DNA of 64,000 nt, from positions 376,864 to 440,863 of the forward strand of contig JAAOMT010000294.1 in the NCBI GenBank assembly GCA_016748015.1, in the 5' to 3' direction. The position numbers and the translations under genes are program-made. This document shows, piece after piece, positions 12,995-24,577 of this stretch (position 1 is the stretch's first letter; each line of letters begins with the position of its first letter). A model generated the notes under the pieces. That model saw only the letters and a program-made list of their open reading frames with translations. It searched no databases and had not been told where the DNA came from. This DNA comes from Geosiphon pyriformis uo1. Lineage: Eukaryota > Fungi > Glomeromycota.

Positions 12995-13472
12995 TCAGGA
13001 TATGATTAAGGCAATGTCAACCAATGCCCAGAGGAGAATTTCCCCGAGTACTATTTTCATCTCTGTTCATCACAGCTTGGAATTCCCGGTAGTTGTACAC
13101 TTCGAAACCCCTCAAATGCTTTTTATGTCACCATATCAGCTACAAGTCTTGAATGTATAAGTCTCATTTTGAATACAACGCAGATTCCTAACTCTTAGAC
13201 CTTGATAATTAGACGTTGAAAGAAATGGTAATGTTATCAGAGTATTTTTTGGACGGTCTTTCACGTAATTTTTCTCATCTTATGGTTCGTTATGTCTGAC
13301 ACCTCAAACGACAGGATGATGATTACGTCAAACTCACGAATGAAGCAAACAATTACCTTTCTCTCTAAATCCTTCGTTGTATGTGCGAGACTGCTTTGCT
13401 GAGTTGTCGGGCCCTACGTTTCTTACGCTTTGAAGCAGAGACAGTCTGTTTGACTTTTTTCGAAATGGGCGT
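12995..13472 (-). pseudogene. Fanzor2/TnpB-like (IS607-type) RuvC nuclease relic, C-terminal half, copy 1
   Basis: Manual frameshift-aware translation: ISKKVKQTVSASKRKKRRARQLSKAVSHIQRRI / RKVIVCFIREFDVIIILSFEVSDITNHKMRKIT*KTVQKIL**HYHFFQRLIIKV*ELGICVV / IQNETYTFKTCS*YGDI / GFEVYNYREFQAVMNRDENSTRG / ILLWALVDIALIIS*. This shows the HYxFxQRL, NExYTSKxC, zinc-ribbon remnant and xRDxN RuvC-III motifs. Confidence 0.85.
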
Positions 13473-14192
13473 AGGTAGAATTTTATTCTCACGACTTTAT
13501 TGATTAGTAAAAATTTTCAGCGGTAACACATATGGCCTCATTTGCGTTCCAAAACCTTTAAATTGAGATCATTTTAATTTGGTCTGGAAAAAATCTTTTC
13601 TAGCATCGAGAAAAATCAATTATTCAATTACAATCATTGGTTTTTTGATACTACGATACATGTTTGATACTCAACAAAAAGTTTTTGCACCTGGCAGGAA
13701 ATAATATTGATAATTTTTTTTATTTTTAATGGCAATTCTTGCATTACTATGGAAAAAATTATCAATTTAAATCAACAGCTGAAATTACTTTTCAAATTTA
13801 CAATCTACTCTACTTTTACATATAATGATGATACTAAATTTGTGAGTGTCAAAGTGTTTACAGTCTAAAATATCGTAACCAGTATGAGGCGGCCAGCCAC
13901 CAAAAATATGATTAAGTATAAAGGTTTTTTGTGATTGACTTCATAAATTCTGCGCCCAAATTATCCTTTTCACAATACAATAATATGATGATTTCTTATG
14001 TTAATTTGTAACTTTAATAGTAGGTGTCAAGGATTAGCCTTCATTTGTGCCAACCAAAAGTTTACATAAAGAATGCGAGCTTTTTATCTTGGATAATTAT
14101 GAAATAATACTAGATAGGAAAAAGCGAATAGTAGAGAGTTAGTATCTGATGAATGTCGTCGATATATCTCCTATAAAAATTATCTATTGAAC

Positions 14193-16162
14193 TCACCAAT
14201 TCTTTTTTTTCTTCTTCCGTGCGGCTAAAGTCTCAATTGCAGCTGTACTACCATTGTTGGCTGCTGTCGTCAACCATTTTGCTGCTTTGCGTTTATCTTT
14301 AGTAGTGCCATAACCGCCATCGTAACATAAAGCAAGACTATATTGAGCGGACACGTTGCCACCTTCAGCCGCTTTCTTATATGTTAAGAAGGCTTTCAAT
14401 CGATTCGGTCCAGTTCCTTTTCCGTAGTCATAACACTGTGCAAGATTATTTAGAGCAGCAGCATTTCCAGCTGATGCCGCTTCCTTGAACCAATCAAATG
14501 CTTTTAAACTATCCCTTTCGACGCCAATGCCATCTTGATAGCATAAACCGAGATGATTTTGTGCCGCGGCTTCCCCATTATCTGCCGCCTTTCGATAAAA
14601 GTTGTAAGCTTGTTGTGTGTCTCGATGCGTTCCAAAACCTTCCTCAAAGAAATAACCTAGCACGCAATCACGATGTCTTCGTTCACCACCGTTGTACAAT
14701 AACTCAAATATTTTTTTCGGATCATTATCTTCTACATCTGTCCATTGCTTGAGATTTTTGGCTAGCCAATCAAACCCGTACTTTTCAGCTTCTACATACA
14801 TTTGTATCACTTCATCTAACATTTCAGCATCTGATTGCGGATTATCATTAATTGGGCTGAGTGGTCTTTGAGAAAGAGTCGTCCCAAAGCCAGCATGCAT
14901 ATTATTTATGCTAGGCGTTGCACTAGTTAATAAATTGTTATGATTGATGAGAGCATGTTGGCTATTGGTATCCGATTCTGGCCCACGATCTCCGGCAAGA
15001 TCATCTTGACTAGCATAACGCATAAGCGTATTGGTATGTGTCGACGATGATGATTTACTAAAACTCATCGTATGATCCGGTAATTCTGGGCGCACATTGA
15101 ACAATCCTTCCAGTACTACTAAAACATACAACAACTGTGCTCTTTGCCGTGGATTATGTCGTGTGATTTTCAAAAATATTTGAGAAAATTCAAAAGGACA
15201 ATCAGCAGGAAGTTGTGTTCTTAGCACTTCTGTAGTGTTGAATTGTTTTTTCTCTGACAAAATATTGTCTCTTAGCATGCCATCATAAGGGATTGCACCA
15301 TTGCATCCAACTAAAAATGAGGCAGTAAAAGTTTTTGTTCAGAACATGTTTACAATGAGAATTTCTTAAAGTTTGTTGCTTACCCGACCACAATATTAAC
15401 CCAAAAGTGTAAATATCAGCAAACTTGGGATTCCTGTGATATATTAGAAGAAAAGAATTTTGTTATTTTGGAAATTTTCAAAAGTATAGCTTCGATTTAA
15501 ATAAGGCATAACTTACTCTTCAAAATATTTCTTCATGCTAAGATCGACAGCGACCACCTCTGGAGCCACCCAATGAATGGTACCAGTTGGCTGAAATAGA
15601 GTAACATCTTCCTCGCTACGACGTTTATCGCTGATGAAGCCAGTAAGTTTAGGCGTTAAGTCTGTCGTCAAATATATATTTTCTGGTTTTAAATTATAAT
15701 TTACAATATTTTCTTCGTGACAATGGAATAATCCAAGTGCTATATCGTGACAAAGTTTAGCCCTTAATTCCCAGCCAATGGTCTGGTTTCTTTTTAAAAA
15801 GGTATTCAAGGTTCCGTTTGCCGCATATTCAATTATCAGAGCAATTTTGTCACCACGCAACATAAATCCCAGGAACTTTAGTACAAATTCACATCGACGA
15901 AGTTTATTGTAAATTTGAAAATCTTCCAAGATTGCAGTCATATCATTCTATAAGGAAGATTTTAAAACGTGTGAGAAATGCAACTTTTACATTTTTGGGA
16001 TTCTCCAATTCCGCCAGAACTTACATTGCTCGATTTGATTGCCACATCTCGTCCTTGATATTGAACCTTGTATACTTTTCCTAGCCGGCCTGTGCCGAGG
16101 ATAATCGGTGGTCTTGGCCACGATATTTCATGACTCTTTATGGTGATGTTTTTTAATGACAT
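14193..16162 (-). CDS. Tyrosine-kinase-like pseudokinase fused to 4 SEL1-like repeats (4 exons)
   Basis: Exon 1 16162-16025 (LGTGRLGKVY, VAIK); exon 2 15947-15517 (EYAANGTL, NYNLKPEN, GTIHWVAPE); exon 3 (FADIYTFG); exon 4 with SEL1 repeats (AQNHLGLCYQDGIGVERDSLKAFDWFKEAA and others). This architecture is expanded in Glomeromycotina. Confidence 0.9.
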
Positions 16163-18988
16163 TTATTGAAGTACCAAGTTGTTTCTTTGACGGTTTTGGA
16201 AGTATGGTGGTGGAAGTATGATGTTGGTTTATATTATTTATCGATGATATTCCTTAGGATGTTTAGCCTCAAACCTTAAACCTTACTTAAAGGAATTGTG
16301 GATTCTCTTTTTGCAAAAAAAAGAAGCGAAAAAGAATTAAGACGGATAAATGAACCGTATAGAAAGTTAAGTGATTGAAAACAATCAAAATGGTCGAGCA
16401 AGTTGGGAATGAGTGAATCAGTTTTTAATTTTATTTTAATTTTTGGCTTGATTGACGGTTGATGATGGCGGGTTAGCTGTTAGTAGTTGCCATTAAGTAC
16501 ACAAGTTGAGATGCATATTGTCATTCCGGGCACACACGTACCAAACACACTTCCACACGCGTAATTTCCCCCTTAAACAAGCAATTATAGCGTCGCGCAG
16601 CTTTACAACTAACACTTTTACAGGAATTGAGAGACAAAAAGCTCAACAAAAAAAAATGCATCAAAAACCTTGCATACAACGTGCAGTGTTGTTCTATCAA
16701 GAATTCAAAGAGAAAAGGACTATCCTTAAAAAAGACATGCAGCTAGAATTTTCTGCTTAAAAAGTTTTCGATCAAATTAATAAAAATATCATATATTAAC
16801 ACACATGTAATTAGCACATAATTTCTCTGGATTTACACGAAAATGGATTGCTGAGGCATTCTTGAACAGAAACGCTAAACCTGGCACAAAAAATCAGTCC
16901 TATCATTAATTATGTTTTCATAAAATCAAGCCGAAAGAATTATTTGAAATGAGATCGTGCACAATTTAATTTAATTCCAACAACCAACTTTTTTCCGACT
17001 TTTTACCTATCCTTTTCCCGTCTCTTTCGCGCTCTATCATTGTGCGAAAATTTGGTCGCGGAATTCTTTTCCGAAGCAATAGGACCAAATCATGAGATAA
17101 AGGATATTTTTTGATTGATTCTGTCTAAAATTTTCATTCCTTCTTGATTAGATTTTTTTTATGTAGCCTTTTTCCTGTTAATGCTTTTTCATTGATTCTT
17201 TTCGTATGAGCTTTCTATTGAATTTTCTTTCACTTCAATGAAATCATCTCGATTATTATTTTTCTTTGTTTTGATTCGTGTTCATGAATGAAGTCAAATA
17301 AAGAATAAAAATCTATTTCATTCCTTGAATCGAAAAATAATGAATATATTTTTATTATGTATCTTTACTATTTTTATCATTTTCTTGGTTATTAATAAAT
17401 TGGATCATTCATTTACATTTATTAATTATTAAATTTACTTTGTTTGGAAGAAACAATTTTTTTGTTTCAAAATTAAGACTCATTTTTGAATGCAAAAACC
17501 TTGAACGCGTTAAGATTTTGTATCTCAATTTGTTTTTATGTATATGGGTAATTTTTATATCTCTAATTGTTAATCTTGAATTACCGTTTTTGAAATTTTA
17601 TTGGCCAAAAACAAACCATATTAATTATTGTACGCAATGCGCCTTGAATTTTAGGAAACAATAGATGCAGAACTTGTAAATATTTAGGTTTTGCTTATTT
17701 TGATATATATATGTGTATTTAAATGTATATAGTTTTTTCTTTTTTGAAACTCCTTATAAATCATTAAATGTTTTAGATCTCTTTGAGCATTATTTGTTGT
17801 TATTTTCTTTTTCGATTGCTTACCAAACAATGAATCATTTTGTGAGGTATCTTTATCCCAATCCTTATTTATAAATCAAAACTATTTTTTTATTATACTA
17901 AAGAGTGCAAGATTAATTATTCTTGTGCAAATTGATCTGCAAACTTTTTTGCAATTGGACCAACGAACAATATTATTACTTTGTTCTCTGAAGGTGATAT
18001 TCAACGGCCTAGATTTGACGCATTTATATTGAAGAAAGATGTAAATTATATATTTTCAACATTTAAAGCTTTTCCTCAAATTTTTAAATATATGTGTGTA
18101 ATAATAAAAGTTAAAATATAAAGTTTATAAACTGGAATTTACAATATACCTGTTTTTAATATAAAATTCTTTGTTTCTTCAATTCATATTTCTATCTCGA
18201 TGAATTACCGAATCGCTGGCTCACAATAATGAAATCACGTTAACTGAAAAGTTTCAAGTTGATCGACTGTAAACGTAATAAAAACTATGGTACAATAAGA
18301 GAATGATGTTTTTTTTTTTTTGAACAAATTCATTTTTGTTTACAAAGGCATAACATAAATGACTTTTCTCTATTGGAACTAACTTGACCTTTAAATTTTA
18401 CTTGAATATTTATTCATCATTTTTTTTCCAAATCATCTATTTTTGATAAAAATGGATTCATATTAATTGGAAATTGAAAGTTTTGATCTATAAAGCCTAA
18501 AATACAAAAATCAAAAATAATTAAAAGTTAAATTCTAATTCTAATTTTTAAAATTTTTTAGATTTATTTGCAATCAAAAGAATTTATTTAATTAAAAAAC
18601 AAAATGCCAAGTTGAAAATTTCTTGGTTTTATTATACAATAAAAAAATTGAATTCTCGTTCCGAGTACATTATGAGAAGCTAATTCAATAAAATAAAAGA
18701 ATTTCAAGCTATTATAGGAAATAAAAACAAGTTTTTTAAAGAATTTCCAGATGTTTTATTGAATGTATTTGAAATTTAATTAATAAAAATGTCCAAACTT
18801 GTTTGAATAAGGCTAGGAAATAACTTTAATTAGAAATTCTGGATGATAAATAATTTTGGTAAGATTAGTGTAAATAAATAAGAATTAGCTTTGATTGATT
18901 GTATCTTTTATAAATTTTAAGGAATTTTGTCGGTTTATCACACATTAAAACATGTTTTAAATTTTGGTAAACAGAGAAGTTATATGGA

Positions 18989-19436
18989 AAACAGCTTCGC
19001 AATTCCGGTAGTTGTACACTTCGGACCCTGCGATCCTTTTTATGTCACCACAGGACCAGCCAATCTTGGATATAAAAGCTTCATTTTGAATGGCAAACAC
19101 AGACTTTGGTAATCAGATGTTAACGGAAATGGTAATGTACCTAGCAGAGCATTTTTCGGACAGTCTTTCACGTAATTTTTTTCACCGTACGATTAGTCAT
19201 GTCTAACACCTCAAATGGCGGGGTCAAACTCATGAGTGAAGAAAACGATCGCCTTTCAGTGGGTTTCACTCGGCAATCCTTGTTTTGGATGTGTGAGACT
19301 TCTTTGTAGAATCGCCGGGCCCTGTATTTCTTATTTTTGAAGTAGAGACAGCCAATTTGACTTTTTTCGAAATAAGGATATCCATATATTTGCGCAGGCG
19401 AACAATGTCATCGGAGCCTATTACAACCACGCCTTT
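18989..19436 (-). pseudogene. Fanzor2/TnpB-like RuvC nuclease relic, C-terminal half, copy 2
   Basis: Diverged direct repeat of 13075-13470. Translation: KGVVVIGSDDIVRLRKYMDILISKKVKLAVSTSK / RARRFYKEVSHIQ / SETH*KAIVFFTHEFD / PPFEVLDMTNRTVKKIT*KTVRKMLC*VHYHFR*HLITK / IQNEAFISKIGWSCGDIKRIAGSEVYNYRNCEAV. Truncated before the RD motif. Confidence 0.85.
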
Positions 19437-20869
19437 AGAAAAAAAATGTATAAGGCTTTTTATCATTTAGTTTTAAAGAGAAATAGGCCAAATTTAAAAA
19501 AAATTCAGGAAAGTGAACGAAACTAAACTTATATCATTTTATGCCACTGAATTTTCAATTTCAATATTCAATTATTAAAAACAACGAAAGGCAAGATGTT
19601 GTTTTAAAAATTTATTGGTGGATTTTAGTTAACTAAATAAGGCAAACATTTGTATTTAAAGAAATGTTTAATTAAATTGATTCACTGTATTTCAGAAGAC
19701 GACCGTAATTTATCATGCGATGGAAATTATTACAACGTATCTATTGAACTTTTTATTTTCCGTGAAAATATCCTTGATGCTATTGATGCAAAAGCTATAT
19801 AAAAATTTTGCAGAAACTCTGTGAGATTTTGATCCCCTTTTTAAAATAATTCAAGACGAGGAAGTTTAATATGAAAAAAATTTGATCATTCTATTGTAGA
19901 TTCCGTCTTGTATACTACTAGCAAATGAGGAGTATTTAATTTACAAATTTCTTCGAGGTGATACAACATATTAATTCAGGCTTTGCTGATCTTCTTAAAT
20001 GAAAGAAATTTGCTGAATTAGAATCACATTGGAAACTATGAGACTAATCTATCCCAAACATTGATTTTTCCTAAAAAAGCAGATTTTGGTCATTGACAAA
20101 AAAAATTACAGCCAACAAATTCTAATTAAACGTTTGGCTATGAAGAAGATTAAAACTTGAGCCAAAAATAAAAATATGTATAATATAATATTGAAGGCGG
20201 CGTCTAAAAACCGAGTTTCTTCAATGTGGAAATTTTCAATGATCATAAATAAATTTTATTTATATATTTTCAATATAATTTTTTGTGAGTTGCTAATAAT
20301 AGTTTTTAAATTTCTTTGAAATCAAAGTATTACTTGTCATTAATAACCAATCTTAAATTTTGCAATTATTCAAGTTCATTTCATATTAAATTGTTTTTTA
20401 ATTTTATATATAAAATAATTTAATATTTTTTAAACAATGAATCAAGTTATTGTTATTAATTTAAATTTAAATTTATCAAAAAAGTTTTTTAATATCTATT
20501 AATTTAAAATTTTGTGCAATGTATTTAGTTTATATAATGTTTTATCAAGGTCTTTTGACTCAAAAATATTATAACTAATTGTAACTTTGATGAAAAATTG
20601 ATTGTAAATAAATCCAATGTTATTTAATTACATTATATAAAAAATAAATCTCTTATGAATTCTAATTAAGTGTATTTACATAGTTTGAAATTATAATTGT
20701 GTAATATTGTTTTTTATTAACATTTTTTTAAATTTTTTATCTTTATTATTTTGCATTAACTAAAAATAATGGGTAGATACTAAATGAACACCAGGATCAA
20801 TAAAGACTGCATTTCATAGACACATTTATTCTTATTATAAAAATCTTGGCCTTGTTGAGATACGAGACG

Positions 20870-21597
20870 TAATATTGTCATCCAATGGCTTATGCGACTA
20901 AAAAGTAAGATAATGCGCTGAAACACCTTGTTATCCTTGCGTATTATATCTAATAATTTCGTCTAGTATTAGCAGGAGCCGAACTTGAGCAACCTCCTAA
21001 GAGCATGCCGGCTCTATAAAACCCTTGTTCGTCCCAGATAGCGGAAGCGTCATCAAAAATAAGACGTTTTTGTTGAAAAATCATAGGCTCAGCCATTTCT
21101 TTCTGTAATGCCGTTTTGTTTCTTTAAAACAACACAAGGCCTTTTGTTTCACCCATTATGTTATTAAAGGCAAACCTCACCAAACCCATGCCTCGCTTCA
21201 ATAATTGCTTCTGAGGGTGGTTGGGATGCATCTTCACCAATGTGTGCTTTAGAGTTTCTCCCGAGCGTCGTCGGTTGCACATTTTGCTTTTTGTAGCGCT
21301 CTCTTCTCTATTTAGCTATTCCCCATCCTTGCGTTCTGCCGATGAAGATAGTGTTGATGGCGACATTGAATGCAAAGCGGCAGATGGGTAATCACCACTC
21401 CGCTACATGCCATTCCAATATGGTCTTAATCCCAGTTGTTTGAAGCTACCACCTGAACCGATTTCTCTGATAAATTTTTAGGCTGGAAATTGAAAGAGGA
21501 ACTTCTTTTGTCGACCGAGATCTTTTTTTTGCTTGACGCTAGACATAGGTGTTGAGGTGACCTTTCTTAGTAGCGGAGGTGCTGATAATTGCTTCAT
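20870..21597 (-). pseudogene. Fanzor2/TnpB-like relic, N-terminal half (HTH_OrfB_IS605-like motif)
   Basis: GC-richer island. Translation gives LRPYWN...AEW*LP (Fanzor2-type PxWN...WLP) and LKHTLVKMHPNHPQKQLLKRGMGLVRFAFN (TnpB N-terminal xxPxxxQxxxLxxxxGxxRxxxN, about 21252-21163), then RKD. Same strand as, and upstream of, the copy-2 RuvC half. Confidence 0.72.
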
Positions 21598-21799
21598 TTT
21601 AGGAAGTTAGTTCGAGAAGAATACACGCGAAGAAAAAAAGGTGAGGTAGCAAAAAAGATGGGGGCATTTATTGTCACCAAATAGTTTGATTACTAAGCAG
21701 TCAAATGGGCTATCGTTTTTATAGTATTATTTAATAAAGATCTGATACCACACATTTTTATATCAAGTTAAATGAAATATGAACTTGATTAAAGAGAAT

Positions 21800-23850
21800 T
21801 TATAACTCCTCATGGGGTTTTCTATCTCCAGAAGTTTTGCTCGCATTTTCCTCTTTTTCAGTTTCTGTCCCATCGACAATAGGATTTTCCTTTTTCTCAG
21901 CCTTGGTATCGTCTTTATCCTCAGACTCAGTGGTCTCCTTCTCTTTTGTCTTTTCTGGTTCTTTATCTGTTGTGATATTTTCCTGAGTTTTAGTTTCAGA
22001 ATCCTTCCCTTTCAGACTGAGCGGAAAGTCATACGAAAAACTTTTGACCCTCCCGTTAATAGCATCTTTGATAAACCTTTCGATTGATTCTTCATCAAAT
22101 GGTCCCAGTAAAGCCCTATAGGCTTGTTTCTTCGGATTCAAAATCACTAGATTAGGGAACAAATCTGCTATTTTGAAGTCCTTTATCATTTTCTTGGCGT
22201 CGTCATACAAAGAATTGAACCAAACGAATCCAAGTTTAATTTTCCCTGCAAACGATTTATGAAGTTTCTCTTTGACTCGTCGAACGATTGCCAAGTTGGC
22301 TTCGTGTTCAGAAACTGATTCAGGAAATTCAAGTTCTAATGTGCTGAAGGTAAATATACAAAAGTTTGATGTTGATAGGCAGTTTTTCTCCAAGTCTGTT
22401 TGAGTTCGAGCTTCCAGAATTTCCGGATCAACTTTTTTCAAATTTCAAAATATCAGCAAATCTACTATCATGTTTAAACATTTTTCGAAGTCATTTCGAG
22501 AAAGACTTACACGTTTCGGGTATCTCTTCTGAATCTTTTTTTGGTGTTTCATTTGGTTTTTCGGTTTTCTTTATTTTTGGCTTGAATGGGAGAGCATGAC
22601 CATTCAGAAATTCAAATAAGGTCTCATGTTTCAGCTTACCTGAAAAGTTAAATTGAAGCGGGTTGAATTACAATTAACCATAATTCGAATTTTTAACTAG
22701 CTTCACATACCGTCGAATGTGATCACATCGCTTTTTCCTTTTGGAATAACGATCAATTTTGGGAAAGAATCAACCCCAAATCTTTTCAAAACCAAAGAGT
22801 CTGTGTGTCGTACCTCACCGAAAAGCAAGCGATCGTGAAAATCAACAGAAAGGGCTTTGTAAAGCGTAGTCGTTCTTTGCTTATTGGTAAATAATATTAC
22901 TTTGGAAAGGGTTTCATTCTAGGGTCAAAATGAAAAACATTAGTCACGTCCAAAATTTCAAAAAGTGATCGATGAATTTAAAAATATTTGTACATCTTTC
23001 TCCAAAAATTCGTCAATTGTCATCGATTTTTTGGTAGGGTTCTTGTTTGTAATGGGCTGCACAAATGAAGGAATCTCGGGAAGCACAAAATCGACTATGG
23101 CTTTAGCAGTTCTAGGCCCTTGGTAATCTATAAATTGTGGTTTTAATTTATTTTACATAAAATTTAAATCTATGAAATGATTTTAAATATTTGGAAGGAA
23201 ATAATGGTAATAACCTTTTGGCTTTTTGGTATATGCGCCTGGGTTCTTTTTATCAGGAACTGATTGACTTGGGAAAAGCTTAATCGTCGGGTATCCTGCA
23301 AAAGGAAATCGAAGAAGGAAATTATGTAAAACTTCAAAAACTCTCAAAGCATGATGAAAACTGCATCATATTATACCTTTAACATTGTAGGCAGCGCAGA
23401 GAGCTCCATTAGAGTCATCATCACAATCAATGGCGACAACTTTAGCAAGACCTTTAAGATTTTCTGCTACCTTTTTGTACTCCGGGACTAACCTATTTTT
23501 AAAAATTTTAGAGCAGAAAAGAGGATGTTGTTATTGGGCAAATAGTTTTGAAAAAAAATTTGAGAACTTACTTTTGGCAGTGACCACACCATGGAGCAAA
23601 AAATTCTACTAAAACTACTCGCTATAGATAAAAAAAAGAGTAACATACAAATTTAAATGAGATGTGAGGTAAAATGTGGTGAATCGACATCGAAATCTTG
23701 GAAGAGACTAACCTCGGTTAATAACACTTCTTTCTTAAAATTTTTTTCAGTGAGTAGCATCACAGAATCATTCTCATCATATAAAGCAGTGGTGTAGGAG
23801 GCAAAGAATCCGAAGATCAATAAAAGGAAACGAATACCCGATGATTGCAT
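21800..23850 (-). CDS. MPD1: ER protein disulfide isomerase, MPD1/PDIA6-like (multi-exon)
   Basis: Signal peptide MQSSGIRFLLLIFGFFASYTTA, then LYDENDSV, VEFFAPWCGHCQ (about 23575-23610), VVAIDCD, YPTIKLF, YQGPRTAKAI, and C-terminal ER-retention signal HEEL. Confidence 0.88.
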
Positions 23851-24540
23851 GTTTGAAAACGAAAGAGAAAAGGAATTTGTGAGCTAAGCTGACATCAAGA
23901 TTGATCTTCGACCTAAGCTAGAAAATATAGTAAACTTAAGATATTAAGTAATACGTGTTTAAAAACGATTGGTTAAATGATGAATTTAAACTGAAACTGC
24001 TTTACTAAAAAAATGCAACTTTGAAATTTTATTTGGGATACGATAAGTCAATGTTAGAGCACCGAGTTGAAATCTGCCGGGAGGGAAATTCTTTGAACAG
24101 AATTTACCTATCGATCATCCGATTTTTTCCAAAAATTTGATTACATTGATATGCATTCGTCGAAAGATTTTATGGATATTTGGTTTAATGAGTTGATAAT
24201 CAGGAATTGAAACATTAATAATTATACTAAATTTTATTGGGAAAAGTTAATTATCAATGGATAATGTTGACCCAAGTCTTTGAAGATTCCAAGTTTTTTA
24301 ATATGCGAGAAGATGTCAATACAAATTGTAACGCAAAATTGAACTTTAGGATCAAGTTTTTGTAAGAAAAATTTTTAATATAAAAGTTATATTGTTGAAA
24401 CTATCACAATGGTAAATTAATATTTTTATGTAAACTCTTCATTGTGATCGAACAATACGCCTAAAAAAACAATTTTTTAAAATAACTTCAAGTGCCTAAC
24501 AATTAAAATTTTATTATCTTTCAATTTTGAACAATATTAA

Positions 24541-24577
24541 GAGAGAGAGTGAGAGTGAGAGTGAGAGAGAGGGAGAG
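24541..24577. repeat. (GA/GAGAGT)n microsatellite
   Basis: Direct reading. Confidence 0.8.

Noticed and set aside
21600-21800. IS607 TnpA serine recombinase upstream of the Fanzor N-terminal relic
   Set aside because: Only about 200 bp separate it from the PDI stop codon, and no YARVS-type motif was seen.
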